Shown here: one piece after another, positions 1-13,400 of the stretch
Layout of the letters: each line of letters starts with the position of its first letter
Position numbering within the stretch: the first letter of the stretch is position 1
Origin: Eukaryota sp. TZLM1-RC
Lineage: Eukaryota > Protista > Metamonada: BaSk clade
Direction: 5' to 3'
Assembly: GCA_040285825.1 (NCBI GenBank)
Contig: JAUPSS010000003.1
Coordinates: forward strand, 620,001-684,000
Length of the DNA: 64,000 nucleotides
Made by a program: the position numbers and the translations under genes
The notes under the pieces: generated by a model
What the model saw: the letters and a program-made list of their open reading frames with translations, nothing else
What the model was told of the DNA's origin: nothing
Database searches by the model: none

Positions 1-430
1 TTCCCAAAAGTATTTTCATCTTCATTTTCAGATGACAACCTTCGCACAAGTGGTTCAACAAAAGCTTCAATGTGATGGCTTTTGCACATATCGTATAGGA
101 ATTTCATGAATTGATTGGGGAAAACATTTGGTTCAGATTTGTGGTGGCAATCTTTTGAGCTCAGAAGATAACTCATTCAAATATGAACTGATATTTGGAT
201 CTAACAAATGAGAATCTTCAGGAAATCTATGAAAAAATCATAAATGAAATTCTTGTCTCCACCCACAAAAACTGATTGACACAAAATAGAGGATATTGTA
301 AATTACAACAACTGCAAAGTCTGCTGCAGATAATAACTCATTTTCCAATATTCCTCTTTCTACATCCAATAAATCAGCAAAGCATTCTATCCTCAATGAA
401 TTAAAGGATCGACATAAACACATCGAATAC
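1..430 (-). mobile_element. Decayed fragment of CRE-like non-LTR retrotransposon (RT thumb/linker region)
   Basis: CRSFNSLRIECFADLLDVE (238-423) is near-identical to CRSFNSLRTEFFADLLDVE in the larger copy at 46880-47884; frameshifted. Confidence 0.75.
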
Positions 431-1074
431 AGGAGTCTAAATTATCAACATTCACATCACTTCAGTTAGACTTATCAACTCACATCCATTTGGCTGTAAC
501 CTGCAAATGGAAAACAATATCTTATCGAAACTATTGGAAAAAACTCACTTGATGTCTTCCAAAGTATATTCAATTATCTTATCATAAACAACACAGAAAA
601 GCTACATTTCTTTCTATTGATCATTTTAAAGGAGTCATGTTTAGAAGATTGACTTATTGAATTGACTAATTTTTTTGACAAACTGAAATATCCGAAAGAA
701 TCGTGTAGGTGAAATTTGAGAGCCATCATGAAAAATTCTAGAATGGATATCAGCCCCTCACTTCTGTTTGCCCGCTGTGGAATAGAACCAAAATGTTGTT
801 GTTAAAACATTAATTTTGACGCTACTGAAAAATCTTTCTACATTATCGCAACGGGCTGAAATCCACCCTTGGATCAATAGGCTGATCTTTATTCCGTCAA
901 ATTCAGATAGATAGATAGAACTGCAATTATTGTGTTATTATCTACTTCAACATCAAGAATATAATAATGAAGAGCGCTGGCCAAAGAAGGAAAAAAGGAA
1001 TTCAGAAAAAATTCCAAAAAATCGATTTCATCGAGGTTTCCTTACATTTATCTTTCATTTTCTTGTATGCAACA

Positions 1075-1758
1075 ATGTGTTCTATGTTAGATGCATCTTC
1101 AGCCACACAGTTGGATCAAGAACTGTTTGAATTTTATTCACTGGAGCAACTTGTAGAGTTAGCTGGTCAATCTGCCGCCTTGGCTATCAACGAAGGATTG
1201 ATGATTTCTGGCAAAAACGTTTTGGTGGTTTGTGGTCCTGGCAACAATGGTGCTGATGGTCTTGTGGTAGCTCGTTATTTGCAGCAATTTGGGGCCAATG
1301 TTGATGTATGGGAGCCTAAAAGATCCAACAAAACCTCTTTTTTGCCATTACTTCGCCAACAGTTGGATTTGTTTGATGTAACTCTTTTGGAAGAGAATGC
1401 ATCTTTAGATTTTACCAAATATGAATTAATTGTGGATGCACTGTTCGGTTTCAGCTTCAAACCACCTACTCGACCCCCACTGGACCTGGTAGTTGAGAAT
1501 TTAGCAAACTCGAAAGTACCAATTGTTTCTATAGATGTACCATCAGGATGGGATGTAGATAAGGGCCCTCTTGGTCAGAACAATATCAGACCAATAATGC
1601 TTGTATCTCTTACGATTCCAAAACCATGCAGCATGTATCTTCCAGAGGATTGTCAGCACTTTTTAGGGGGAAGATTTGTCCCCATTGAGATATTGAAGAA
1701 GTATGGAATCTCATCGTTACCATATGAAGGCAGTGAAATGATACATAAACTCAACTAA
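1075..1758 (+). CDS. NAXE: NAD(P)H-hydrate epimerase (YjeF N-terminal domain)
   Basis: Motifs CGPGNNGADGLVVARYL, IVDALFGFSF, SIDVPSGWDV and LVSLTxPK. Start moved to the ATG at 1075 (CAACA-ATG context, as seen before RPL32 and 17597). Confidence 0.92.
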   Translation: MCSMLDASSATQLDQELFEFYSLEQLVELAGQSAALAINEGLMISGKNVLVVCGPGNNGADGLVVARYLQQFGANVDVWEPKRSNKTSFLPLLRQQLDLFDVTLLEENASLDFTKYELIVDALFGFSFKPPTRPPLDLVVENLANSKVPIVSIDVPSGWDVDKGPLGQNNIRPIMLVSLTIPKPCSMYLPEDCQHFLGGRFVPIEILKKYGISSLPYEGSEMIHKLN

Positions 1759-1832
1759 ATCCAAAAATCGTTTTATATTACAAAAAGCTTTAGTCGGTTA
1801 AAAATACAATAATATTAAAAATAAAAAAACAA

Positions 1833-2822
1833 TCAAATCTTTCGAAAACTACACTTTTTCATCGTTCTTTCCATTCTTTTTCGCATTCGTTCACCATGAA
1901 TGAATACTCTATCAGCCATTAGAGACGAAGGTTTTTTTAATGTTGATTTCCTTGGTTCTTCCATTGATGGTAATATGCTCTGAGAAGAACAACTACTGGT
2001 AGAAAGACTTTCCTTTTCCTTTTTCCTTTCCTCATCCAAAATATCAGGTTGAGGAGATGGTGGCTCCACCTGTACATTAGAGTCGAAATATCGGCCTGTG
2101 AAAGTTTGGCAACCAAAGTCAATACTGGAGAGTACAACATTTTCAGGTTCAGTTTGGTCCTCTTCACTCAATTGTTCAGTGATTTCAATAACAACATCGT
2201 CATCAGAGTGATTAGTGGAATCTATTTCAATCTGCCCACCACCATCTTCTTCATCAAAAGTGGTTACGGAACTCAATGAGGTTCTTCGTGAAGGGGAATC
2301 TAAGTTAGTGATAGTGTCAGCAAGATCGTCAAGGTCTTGACTGATAGGTGATGACACGTGGAAGGTGGAAATGAACCGTTCAGCAAGAGAAATATCAGCA
2401 AGCAAAAGCCTTGCCTTTTCTGCAAATTCTAGTCCTTCTGCAGTGTTGACAACATTGGCAAAGGTTTGATTGAGGTTTGTCTTCGCCGTGGAAAGTTGGT
2501 GTTTAAGACTATCAATGTCTACTTCATTATATGGCTCGGGATCGGAGTAAACGGTCATAAAGGGAGAAAGGGGAACATTCAATAGGTGAGATAGGTCAGT
2601 TATGGCGTTGGTAGTGGCATTTATGACTTTAATCCGTATTGTGGTATTTGGTGCGACAGAGTTGATACAGTCAGTACGAAGTCGCCGCCACTGGCTAAGA
2701 AGAGCATGTCCCTTCTTCTGATATGATTCAGTTTTAGTGATGTCAGGTGTGTGTGACTGTATTGAAGAGAAATATCTGGAAGTACTGACGCGTAGTTGGG
2801 CTAGCTGACTATCAAAACACAT
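1833..2822 (-). CDS. Hypothetical protein with acidic/Ser-rich C-terminal half
   Basis: Long ORF with coding-like composition. The first 36 codons of the ORF-track call overlap a + strand retroposon scrap (LLDPNTSPY near 2885), so the start is placed at the ATG at 2822. Confidence 0.6.
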   Translation of the reverse strand: MCFDSQLAQLRVSTSRYFSSIQSHTPDITKTESYQKKGHALLSQWRRLRTDCINSVAPNTTIRIKVINATTNAITDLSHLLNVPLSPFMTVYSDPEPYNEVDIDSLKHQLSTAKTNLNQTFANVVNTAEGLEFAEKARLLLADISLAERFISTFHVSSPISQDLDDLADTITNLDSPSRRTSLSSVTTFDEEDGGGQIEIDSTNHSDDDVVIEITEQLSEEDQTEPENVVLSSIDFGCQTFTGRYFDSNVQVEPPSPQPDILDEERKKEKESLSTSSCSSQSILPSMEEPRKSTLKKPSSLMADRVFIHGERMRKRMERTMKKCSFRKI

Positions 2823-3399
2823 CCAATCATGGAATGGTAAAGTTGGGGAACAGTAAAGGAATACCAGAAGTATTCCCTTAAAAGTATTTGTTAGATCCAA
2901 ATACCAGTCCATATAAATAATAAGTCCCAAAGTATATAACCTATACCACTGCAGTTGATTCCCTTCTTAAAACAATTGTTTCACTCGCCCTAAAACCCTC
3001 TGATCATCGTAAATGATGTTGTCCATTATCATATTTATTTGAACAATAAATATGAAGGTGTAATGTAGGACAGAGTTTTTTTAACTTTTACAATCACTAG
3101 TACTTTGAGAATATTTCCATTTACTTATCTATTTATTATTTTTTCACAAACTAATCTAGTTTTGAACTGTAGTTGAACAGATCATGCCTATCTTAGTCCA
3201 CATTATAGCGGTTTAGGTTGGACGAAGGCTTATATTCTTACTTCGTGTGCTTTTATTGGTGGATGCAGAAACGCAATTTTTGAGTTTTCTGAAAGATTTG
3301 CCGATTGGGAAGATTTATTAATGACAACACAAAGTTCAACTGTTTTTGCATTAAATGAAGAAATTTCAAAAATTGATGTAGAAAAATGGAGTCGATACT

Positions 3400-3950
3400 T
3401 TCCCCAATCATTTAATAGCAATATTACAGAACAGAACTTTTAAATTTAAGATACACTCTTCGAACATTACAGAAACGATTGACTGCAATGTATGAAAATG
3501 TTCTTTATAATAATATATGCAGCTCGGCTGTTTCAATTCAAAATCTTCACTCATTGTTATTGGAAAGGGTGTTTGTGAAAACAAGTCATCAGATTCTTCA
3601 CTTTTTGTAACCATTGTACCACGAAGATTTGGATTGTGTGCCACTAATGAAGCACACACGGGTTATTCTCCCAGTATTGCAAATTTTCAGCATAAAAAAC
3701 TTTACTATCTTTTTCTAAATCTAACAACAGAAATTGAATCAAGTTCAATTTTCATTTTTTCAAAATTAACTTGTAACTCATTCTGAATTTGAGGCACATT
3801 TCCTAACCAACAACTAAGAAACATAGAAGCATCACTACTGTAGCTAGTAAAAGGGACAACAGAATCGTTTATGACAAGATCCTGAGCAGAAGAACCAATC
3901 AGGAGGCATTAGCTCGCATTAAGATGAAGCCCAATATTTTCATATGAATT
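3400..3950 (-). mobile_element. Decayed CRE-like retrotransposon fragments
   Basis: 3725-3950 closely matches 47600-47820 (e.g. GAAATTGAATCAAGTTCAATTTTCATTTTT); 3400-3660 resembles 54980-55200. Confidence 0.75.
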
Positions 3951-4032
3951 TGCAGCATTTTTGTTTTTTCCATTTACACAGAAATCTTGTTTTGGTACAA
4001 GATTTAAAAAATGCCAAAATTTGCTCTCTCAC

Positions 4033-4800
4033 ATGGCAACCACAATCGAGTTTGAAGTATCCATCTACCGTGGGAACTCCAGAGGGAACTGGGAAGAACC
4101 TGTTGATGGTATAGTGTCTCTTTCTCAGTCTACCACTGGTTTTGTCCTTGTGTTGATACCTTCTGACAGCACTCCTCGCACGTATCCTGTCAGTGACACG
4201 TTCAACTGGGTTTTTCTCAAGAATAAATCCATTGTGGCATTTGATACTGCTGACTTTCCTTTTGTTTTGTATACAGATGTTGTCGACAACCTTGACACTC
4301 TCCATAAAAAAGTCAAGCTTTGCCAATTAGCCACAGAAACACCAACTCACCAACTTCCGAAATTCAAACCCACTGCCTCTTCAAGTCAGCATCCCAAATC
4401 ACAAAACAAGGAGCCAGTCAAAACACAGTCCGTCACACCCAATTCCAGTTACTCGAGTCCTGTTCATGTAAAGGAAACCTCCAATGTAATTACTTGGAAG
4501 CCACTAACCATCTCAAAACAACAAGCGCAACCTGAACCACAACTTCCCCCCACCATTGAACAAACACTTACCATTGAACCTGTTCAGATCCCTGAACCAG
4601 AGAAAGAACCACAGGAAGAGGAAAGTGTCCATGATGAGTGTTGTACGCCTTCATCAGACTCTGTGCTGTCCAGGGAAGTGACCATTACCGAGTTTAAGGA
4701 TAATATTGTAAAATTAATTGAAGATCCAGCCTTTTTGATTGAGTTTTATGGACTTTATCAACAGTGTTTGCGAAGAAAAGTAACACAAAAGAATGCTTAA
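4033..4800 (+). CDS. Hypothetical protein
   Basis: Open frame with a globular N-terminus (MATTIEFEVSIY...) and a Pro/Ser/Glu-rich linker; no family recognised. Confidence 0.6.
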   Translation: MATTIEFEVSIYRGNSRGNWEEPVDGIVSLSQSTTGFVLVLIPSDSTPRTYPVSDTFNWVFLKNKSIVAFDTADFPFVLYTDVVDNLDTLHKKVKLCQLATETPTHQLPKFKPTASSSQHPKSQNKEPVKTQSVTPNSSYSSPVHVKETSNVITWKPLTISKQQAQPEPQLPPTIEQTLTIEPVQIPEPEKEPQEEESVHDECCTPSSDSVLSREVTITEFKDNIVKLIEDPAFLIEFYGLYQQCLRRKVTQKNA

Positions 4801-5091
4801 CTGTGGTTTAGCAATTTTAATTGGTGTTTTAAATGATCCTGGTATGTGTGGAATAAAGAATATTCTCTTTTTAGTACTCAACAAACAAATTAATTCAATT
4901 TTGTTTACACTAATTAACAAAGGGCACAGGAAAACACCCAATCTAATGAAAGTTCAAACTCGTCAGAAATGTGGAAAAATAGGCTGGTAATAAGTGTTGA
5001 CATAAATTAAATGTATAAATTACACAATTAATAAAAGTAATGATTAAGACCAAACTACCTACAAAAAACCTCACAAAGACTATTTAAACCA

Positions 5092-6072
5092 CTAAACAAC
5101 ATTACCAACTTCCCTTCTTATATTAGGAATCATTCTTGCACGTAATCCACTGACCCAATTGAACCTACAACCCTCACTACTCCACTTGAACAAAACAAAT
5201 GATAACAAAGTCGTCATTGACATTCCCATGACGGTAAACTTACTTACACCATGGCTTAGCTTGGCACAACTCCAAGGAATCACGTTAACCCGAGCTAAAG
5301 TTAGAGACCATTCAACAAAGAGAGGAGATGGTAGCTTGCACAAAAGAAGAATGAAGGAAAGGGTAGACAAACCACTGCCCAAACCAAAGTAAACCAGTCT
5401 GTGTTTAATCGGAACAATCCAAAGAAAAGAATCAATAGTGACCATTCTCGTAGCAATAGAAGTACTGTCAATAAGAAGGGAAAAGAATGAAAAGATAAAC
5501 AAGTGCATAAATACTGACTCGTAGCGACTACAACAGCGATTGGATCGAGACTTGTTGAAGAGGAACAGATTGCGCAAACCAATGAAGGTACCATGAGAAA
5601 GGGTGATGAACGTGGAGAGAGCAGAAGATGAAACGTCATTATAGGAGACTAGACATGCACCAATCAGAAACAAAATGGTATAAGAAATTGAGTTTGTGCA
5701 AATTCTTTTAGAATAAAATACAATGGAACAAAAACAAACGACAAGAACTGATATATTGGAAAGAGATGCGGTGAAAGATAGGGCAGAGATCAGTTGTGAA
5801 AGGGTTAGAGTTTTAACAGAAAGATAATGTAGTAGAAATATTGCAAAAACAGAAGGGAAAGAGACAAGGTTACCAACACAACGACAAACTCTACTTCCAG
5901 AGAGAACCATTGGTAGACAGACTAATAAAGAAGACAGATGATGAACAAAATTGAGAAAATCGGGATCAGTAATATCATTCATGAGAGTTCTATTATAGAA
6001 CCAATATGTATAAGTGGAGCCAATAAAGGTACATAATAGTAACAGAATGAATCCAACACGCCGTATACTCAT
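5092..6072 (-). CDS. Multi-pass membrane protein, probable drug/metabolite (triose-phosphate/nucleotide-sugar, SLC35-like) transporter
   Basis: 326 aa with about 9-10 hydrophobic segments and an N-terminal aromatic-FYNR pattern resembling TPT-family proteins. Confidence 0.5.
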   Translation of the reverse strand: MSIRRVGFILLLLCTFIGSTYTYWFYNRTLMNDITDPDFLNFVHHLSSLLVCLPMVLSGSRVCRCVGNLVSFPSVFAIFLLHYLSVKTLTLSQLISALSFTASLSNISVLVVCFCSIVFYSKRICTNSISYTILFLIGACLVSYNDVSSSALSTFITLSHGTFIGLRNLFLFNKSRSNRCCSRYESVFMHLFIFSFFSLLIDSTSIATRMVTIDSFLWIVPIKHRLVYFGLGSGLSTLSFILLLCKLPSPLFVEWSLTLARVNVIPWSCAKLSHGVSKFTVMGMSMTTLLSFVLFKWSSEGCRFNWVSGLRARMIPNIRREVGNVV

Positions 6073-6082
6073 TCTTGTAGAT

Positions 6083-6790
6083 ATTGTCTATAACAATGAA
6101 ATAAGTGTCCTTTTTACACCAATGAAGAGGGACTGAGTTTTTGAGAAGAAGATTTTCTTGACACCTTTTTCTTTGAACCTTTGTCAACCTTTACTCTCTG
6201 TAGGTATTCCGGTCTATCTCCACCTTTTACATGTGCTTCCATCACTGCCAACATATTCAGCGCAGCATCTTGATCTCTATTCCACAAACTTTCGCATGAT
6301 TTACACATGGTAAGCCCGTGACGAATGGACATCTCATGCCTCTTCAATCGCTATGGACTTCTGCATAATTGGAATGTTTCAACTGTTTTTCCGCTTTCAT
6401 ACAGTTGAAACAGCAACAGCTGTTTCGAAACTCATCAATTAAAAAGACTTTATGACCAGCCTTTAAATAAAATTCTCAAACCTTTTTCTTTGATAGGTTC
6501 TTTGAATTTCATGTGTTTTGGTTGTTCCCAGTCTCCGATTCCGATAACTACTTGACTGGCATCACCAATTACTTAGTGGAAGCACTGAATCATTTTTACC
6601 TCAGATCTTGTGCGATTAATCTCAGCCCACCATCTTAGTTTCCTAAATATTTTTTGATGATAGACTTCACCAATGGTACTATTGTTGATTTACAATTTAC
6701 AAAATTCTTTTGTTCAATGTGTCAAACCTGCAGCTTTTGGATTAAATTGGGATAAAGTTGCTTCACATTCTGCTACAGATTTAGTTTTTT
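6083..6790 (-). mobile_element. Fanzor (TnpB-like) remnant, family A, C-terminal half plus element 3' end
   Basis: Across frameshifts reads FRKLRWWAEINRTRSE, VIGIGDWEQPKHMKFKEP, VFLIDEFRNSCCCFNC (RuvC-II plus Zn finger) and RHGLTMCKSCESLWNRDQDAALNM (Zn finger plus RuvC-III). Paralogue at 38609-39310. Confidence 0.88.
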
Positions 6791-7488
6791 GATCAATATT
6801 ACCCAAGTTGAATGAGTAATCAATTCGTTGAGGTACATCACATCTCAATAAACTAATTGTTCGCTCCTTACACCGTTGAACGTATGGATGTTTAGATCCA
6901 TCGTTTGTAATTGAGCTTCGGATAGTTCAGAAGAATTCTTGTCTTTGAAGTCCGTTCTAGATTGATTACAAGTTATTTTTTGAATAAAATTTGGTGTTTT
7001 TAATCTTATCTATTTTCAAAAAGGCGTCTCGTAAAAACAAAACAGCAGTTTGATGACTACAGTGATAGACCGACATTTTACCAAAATTGATCCAATATTT
7101 GACAACGTCTCTTGTCAATTATAATATAAAAGGGTATGAAAATTTTATAAGTGGCAGATCATGAAAAAGCTTATTTCTTTAATTGTGTACTGCCCTTAAA
7201 CTATTATTTTATGGGAAATCATATTTGGAATAGTTTTCCCAAGTGCAATTTAGTCGACAACGGCTGTTTCGGAATACTGTCAATTAATAGTGAACTAATA
7301 AACTTTCTCTTTAGAAATCACTATAGGAAATCGTGTAATTAATATGAATTACGCTATTGCTCTAGTTTTTTCACATAGGCAACTGGTTAATTAGTTAGGA
7401 CTAGCATAATTCATACCTAATCTAATTGACATAAATACATTTGCTTCAGAAAAATCAAAATCCTTTAAATAAATTTGCTCCACATCCA

Positions 7489-10400
7489 ATGCTTGGAGGT
7501 CAACCCCGAATAGAGGACCCTCCACCTTTCCAAGTACATCTCTTTGCCATACTTTCCAAGTTTTCTTCGTCAACACATCCACATTCTGTTGTACTTGTTC
7601 TTTCTTATTTGGTTACTGTTCTTCAATGGACCGGTTTCAGTGGATCCAGTCTGTTCAGTACATCCTCGTTAATAACCTCATCACTTAGATTCACCCATTT
7701 ATATCACTTCTTTGCATCTACACCATCTCAAGTGTACACGGGCCTCATTATCTCATTTTTCACCATTGTGATATTTGTTGTTGGACTTTTTTTAGCCTCT
7801 GGTGACCAAATCCTGTACCCAACTGCAGTAAGGTTTATTCGTTACATCGCCACGTTTCACCACACATTCCTTGCTCTCCCTCTTGTTGGTGCGTCTCTCA
7901 CTCCCTTCATTTGCTCGAAATCAGATTCTTGCACCGTCCCATTTGCAATCATCCTCATTGGTTTCTTTCTTGCCATTATTCAGTCTCTATTAGCCATAAC
8001 GTTCTCCCTTTCTTGCTTTGATCAGAACATCAGATCAGTTAGGTCTTTTTCTGCCATCACTGCCAGATTCTTTTTTTACTGTCTTGTTTCTAGACTTGCT
8101 TCATTAAGCTTGGTTGAGCTTGATTTGTTCATCCCCCTTCGTTCTGCTTTTTTCATCACCGCTCTCTCTTTGTTTCCTTTGGGTATTCTGGTCTTGCAAC
8201 AACCTTTTATCCACTTTAAAACTAACAAGTATCTTTCAGTTTTGTACAGTTTTCCTTTTCCTTTGCTAGTAAGTGCTCTCTTCTCCTTGCCACTCTACCT
8301 TTACCCCATCTTTCTTGGTCCTTTGATCGCTCTTTCTATTTTTGTGTCTTCTAAAAGAATCAACCGTAACTGGCTTTCTTTCTCCCCTGAAGCATATGTT
8401 TCTCCCTCCCCTGACACAGAACCGCCAGCTATTGAAGCAATCAAATCTTGGTCACCCATCTCTGTTGCAGACGTGTCGATTGCTGTCAGATCGCTCTTTA
8501 CCACTGCCCCAGCAAAAGCATTAACGTCATGGAATATCATTTTCTCAACCTCTAGAAAGCAATTCCCTTCTTCTCCTCTTCCAATCTTTCTTCAATCTAG
8601 TATTCTTTTCTCTTTTCCTCATGACCACCACACTTCCTTGGCCATCGCAAAACCTCTCCTCCGCTATTCTCCATTAGATGTGCGGTTCATGGCATCTAGG
8701 CTGGTTGAGCAGTGTCAACGGTTCGGAAGAGGCCTTCAAACTGCCACATCCGGCTCTGCTACTGATCTACGTATTGCAAGCAAAGCATTGGAGCTTACAA
8801 GATCCAGAGCCCAAGCAGTTTTTGCTTCTCTAATTAATGTGCACCTGGGAGGGGCTGAGGAGCAACAGAAACTACTCCAATCAGTTTTAGTAGCTGCCCG
8901 TCAACTTTCTCAACAATCAAAACAGACTGATTCTGCATTTCTTAAAGCATTGGAGAAGTTCCCTAACGACCGGGACTTATTAGGAGAGTATGCTAGGTTC
9001 CTTGACGACATTCTTGCTGATGAAAGTCGTGCTGATGCAATGTGGGAACGATTTGACGATTTGAATGATGAACTAATGGCTCAAAAAGAACACGAAAAGA
9101 TCAAAAATAGATCAAAAAGAAGGGGTTCTGTTTCAGGGGATTCAGCCACGGAAGGGACAGGAACTAAGAGTGGTACTAATACAGGAACTGGAAGTGAAGA
9201 GGATCGTGCTGCTTCCCTTGATGATGAGTCACGGTTAGCTCAGCTGCTGGGAGTCTCCTCTGGTCAACAGAATTACGAGTTATGTACAGTGGTGGAGGGA
9301 GAGGAAAGTTGTGGATCGGATACTAATCAAAGTGATTCAAAAGTGATTAAAAGTTCTCACAGTAGTACCAAGTTTACAAATTCGTTATCTATAGACACTT
9401 CAAAAAAGGAAACCACTCAATCAACGGAGCAATCAACTCCCCCTACGACCCCCAACACTCAGAGAACCCCAATTACCCCAAGAAGGGCAAGTAGTTGGAA
9501 TATCAACTCTTTCAAAAGAGGAGTCTCTGATAATAGCCTTAAATTGACAGATCTACTTGGTTACTCAGTTTCTTCATTTGACGCTCCAGTCAATACCCTT
9601 ATGTTAAAAGATGAAGTCATTCAAGGTAATCAAGAGTCTAATACCGGCCGTAGGCTTGTGGTCAAGAGAAAACAGCATAAACAAGCACAAGAATTAAAAC
9701 AGAAAAAAAAGGAAGAAATTCCAAGGAATACACCCACTCCGAATAACATTTCAGAATCTGTTTCCTTAAACAGAAAGCCTTCTAATTTGGAGGATGCAAT
9801 AAATAAAGTCATGAATAAGAAGAAGAAAGTCCATTCTGTCAATTCCTCATCATTCAAGTTTAAGTCATTTGATTCTGACGACCCTTCAAGTATTTCTGTT
9901 GCAGAAGTGGACAGCGAGAGTGCTAGAAGTGATGTTGAGGTCCCTGAGTTTACCGTGCCAGGGGTATCGATTAAGAAGCTTGGTGCAACTTCCTCCGAGT
10001 CTAGTAGTGAAGCAAAGGGTGTAAAGTTTGATACTGGTGTGGTAGATCAGGTCCCTTCAAGTGAGTCTACTGAAGTGGATGAACCTCTATCAACTGAGCG
10101 GTCTGAAAATCTCTCTGTGATCAAAAGCGGTTCCTCTGAAGGTACCACTACCAGATCAAATTCTGTAAAGTTTAAATCTACTTCTTATGACACCACAAGA
10201 GGAACCACCACCCAACATTACGATGAATCAGTCGGGTCTACCCTTTCTTCTGGGAAAGCACCAAGAGGATGGTCCCATGTGGATGTAAAGTCAGTTACAA
10301 TGGGCACAACAGCTGATGTTCCTGAAGACATGCGGTCTCAGTCTACAGCCTATAGGAACCAAAGAAAGAGAAGAAGAAGGAAGCTCCATAGAGGAAGGAC

Positions 10401-13400
10401 ATCGTTGAAAGCAAAGAGTGCCAGCAGGAGGTTTTCAATGATGGCGTTTGCTGTCGTTTCTATTGGTTTTCTGTTGGCCTTTGTTGTTTACTTATCACAC
10501 CATTTTTACATAAACTCTTTGATGGATAAGGTAGTAGCTTCGGTATATCCTAGCTTCATTGCCACATCTACCACCTCAATTGCGAGGTCAGTCAGGTACA
10601 TAAGGAGAGACTTTTCTAACGCACAGAATGTTTTTGGGTTAGATGGACTGTTAGAGATGGCGATTAATGACCTAGATACTCTGTCGAAGCAACTCTATGT
10701 TGATAAGCTAAGTTCAAAGGTTGGGAAATTAAGAGACTTGTCTACAGTGATCCCTTCTAGTCAATCACTTTCCTTTTCCAACACTCGACAGTCGCCTCCT
10801 TTCCCTGTTTTTGGTTCCAACGTTTATTCTACTACCATTTCCCTTATTACTTCCATTTTAACTGAAGCAAAATCTGCTTTATCAAAGTTGTTGAGTAATG
10901 ACTTTGATCAAGTTGAAAGTGAGGCCGCATTCCTTACTCAAAACGCCATCTCTGTTTTTTCTAGATCCTTTTTAGATTCCACTATATTTATTTCGGATTT
11001 AAGAGTTTTTAATTCTTTGTTTCTATTAATTATCATTAGCTCAATCTTTTTTTCTTTAGTTTTTCTAGTATGGTCTTTTGTTTATGTTCTTCTCCCTGCT
11101 CTGAGCCTGACCTCACAACAGCTTTCTCGTTGGCTACACCTCTTCCTCTTGCTCCCGGGGGAGGCACTTCATTTGTTAGCTGGTTCTGAGCAACATTCTA
11201 AGATTGACCCTTTCCCGGAAACAGTTGATTCAGGTCACACTCCTGCTGTCAGTGGAAGCACGGTTTCTTTAAGTTCGGCCAGATTAAGTTCAAGTAATTT
11301 ACCATCAGAAGGAAGCAGTTCTGCTGGTGAAAGTAAAAGCTCATCCTTGATTAAATCTTTGGGTTTGATTCTCAAGGGTTTGTTTGTGGTTTTGTTGATC
11401 GGAATTGTTGTTGTTCTTGTAGTTTTGCCTTTAGAATCCATTCCAGCCTTCTCTGCCGATCAGTCTTTGTTGTACTCTGCCGATCTGTCTAAGTCTTGGT
11501 TGACTAACTCACTTGCCCAGTTGGACAGTGCTTGGGGGTTTGGAGGTCAATCACTTTCCTGTTTTTCACGTTTTTGGACTTTGCGGGTTAACAATCATCC
11601 CTCACTTACTAGATCAGCCATTAAATTGACTGGTCTCGGGCAGTCTGATGGTCTAGGAAATTCTGCTCTCTCAAATGTTAGGGAAAGTACTAGGTTACTG
11701 CTTGAGTTGGATTATCTACAGTTGATATCAATCAAACTGTCATCACTAGGCAATGGTTTCCCATCAGAATTGATTGGTTCTGTTTATGATTTTGAGTATT
11801 TTAAAGATGATACGTCTGCAGTTTATGATGGTAGTGAAGCTGATACAGTCAAAAGTAATGTGGAAAAGAGAAGAATTTCAAGAAAAGCCATTAGCAATCA
11901 ACGAGTTTTTGACCTTTTAGATCGTTTGGAAGACTATTTAGAGTCTCTTCATAATGAAGTTTTTCGTAGGTTTAACCAAATTTATGATAATATTCTGTCT
12001 AGAATCAGCAACCTTCGACTTTTACTAATTGTTTTTTCAATTTCTGCATTTTTTTGTCTGTTTTTTGTTCTTTTAATTTCCAAGATTCAGAAAAATTCAA
12101 GAAAAAGGTTTGGTTTAAGCACTATTCTATTTGGTCTTGTTTTTTCAATTGTTGTATCTTCTGCTTTTTTGGTTGTGTTGATTGTCGACAATCATCAGCA
12201 ATCGATCATCAATCAAGCGGAATTAATCAAAAATGATTACGACCTTTCTTTACCTATTTTTAAATACCTCTTCTTTTCCAAATTTTTTGTTCAACATCCC
12301 AGTAATCGTGCAATTGATTTGTTCCTTGAACAACGCAGCATCATTTTTGAACGATCCGAAAATTTGTCTCCAGAACAGTTTAAGAAATTTCAAAAAATTG
12401 ACAAAATATTCATCCAAATGACCGCTTTAGTTTCTTCTTCCTTGACAAATCCACAAAATCAGTTCTCAAATGTGACTTGGAATTACCTTGATTCTTCTAA
12501 ATTCTTTTCTGATCACGTGCATTTTGGTCTGCCACGGGTCCCTAACCCGGCTGACCCTCAATCAGGAGAATCAGGAAGGTGTTGGTTGACAAATTCCGAT
12601 GATGATTTTGAAATGGTAACAGATCAAAAACTCAGAGTTTCCCTTTGCATTTTGACTGATCGACAAGTGATTGAATTGATTAGTGATTTAACGTCATCTT
12701 TTTTGATTGACGAGTTTCTCGATTTTGACTCTGATTCTTTCCTTTTCCATGCCAAGTCTGTCTCTTTTATTGGGATAATAGCATTGATTGGCTTTTTATT
12801 CTTTTATTTTTCTAAGGAATCATTAACCATTAATTTCAATTCTCCGAATTTAGTTCCAAAAAACACAATCAAATGTGGTTCTCTCAACAGGACCTTCATT
12901 TCATCAATGTCTGGTCTGTCGAGCTATCCTGATTTGTCTAATTTATTTTCACTCAAAAACCAGTTAGCAGTGCTTGTCATTGCCTGCAGTTCAGTTGTAT
13001 TGGTTTCTCCTTTAGTAATGTTGTTTTCCGAGTCATTTTCAGCTTCCATTTCTCCTCTAGTCATCCACAGGAGCACACTTGCCAGCCTTCGAAGTTGTTA
13101 TGCCGGTAGGTTATTTGAAGAATTGGAGTTGTCTGTTGATCCTGTGATAACACATGACTATCTGACCCCTTTTGGTCCGAAAATTGGATTAGAAACCGTG
13201 GCGTATGCTGAAAGTGCATTAGATTTTGTTAATAAGCTCAGTACAGCTCACGATGCCCTCTTGTTTGGATCGTCAAAAATTTCTTCCTCTGTTGGTGAAT
13301 ACCCTTCAGCTGATGCCCTTTCCTTTGGTTTCCCCTTACCAAATCAATTAGCTTTGAATTCTGTTTTTGTTAATTCTGATTTGACGGATTTAGTTTTAAA

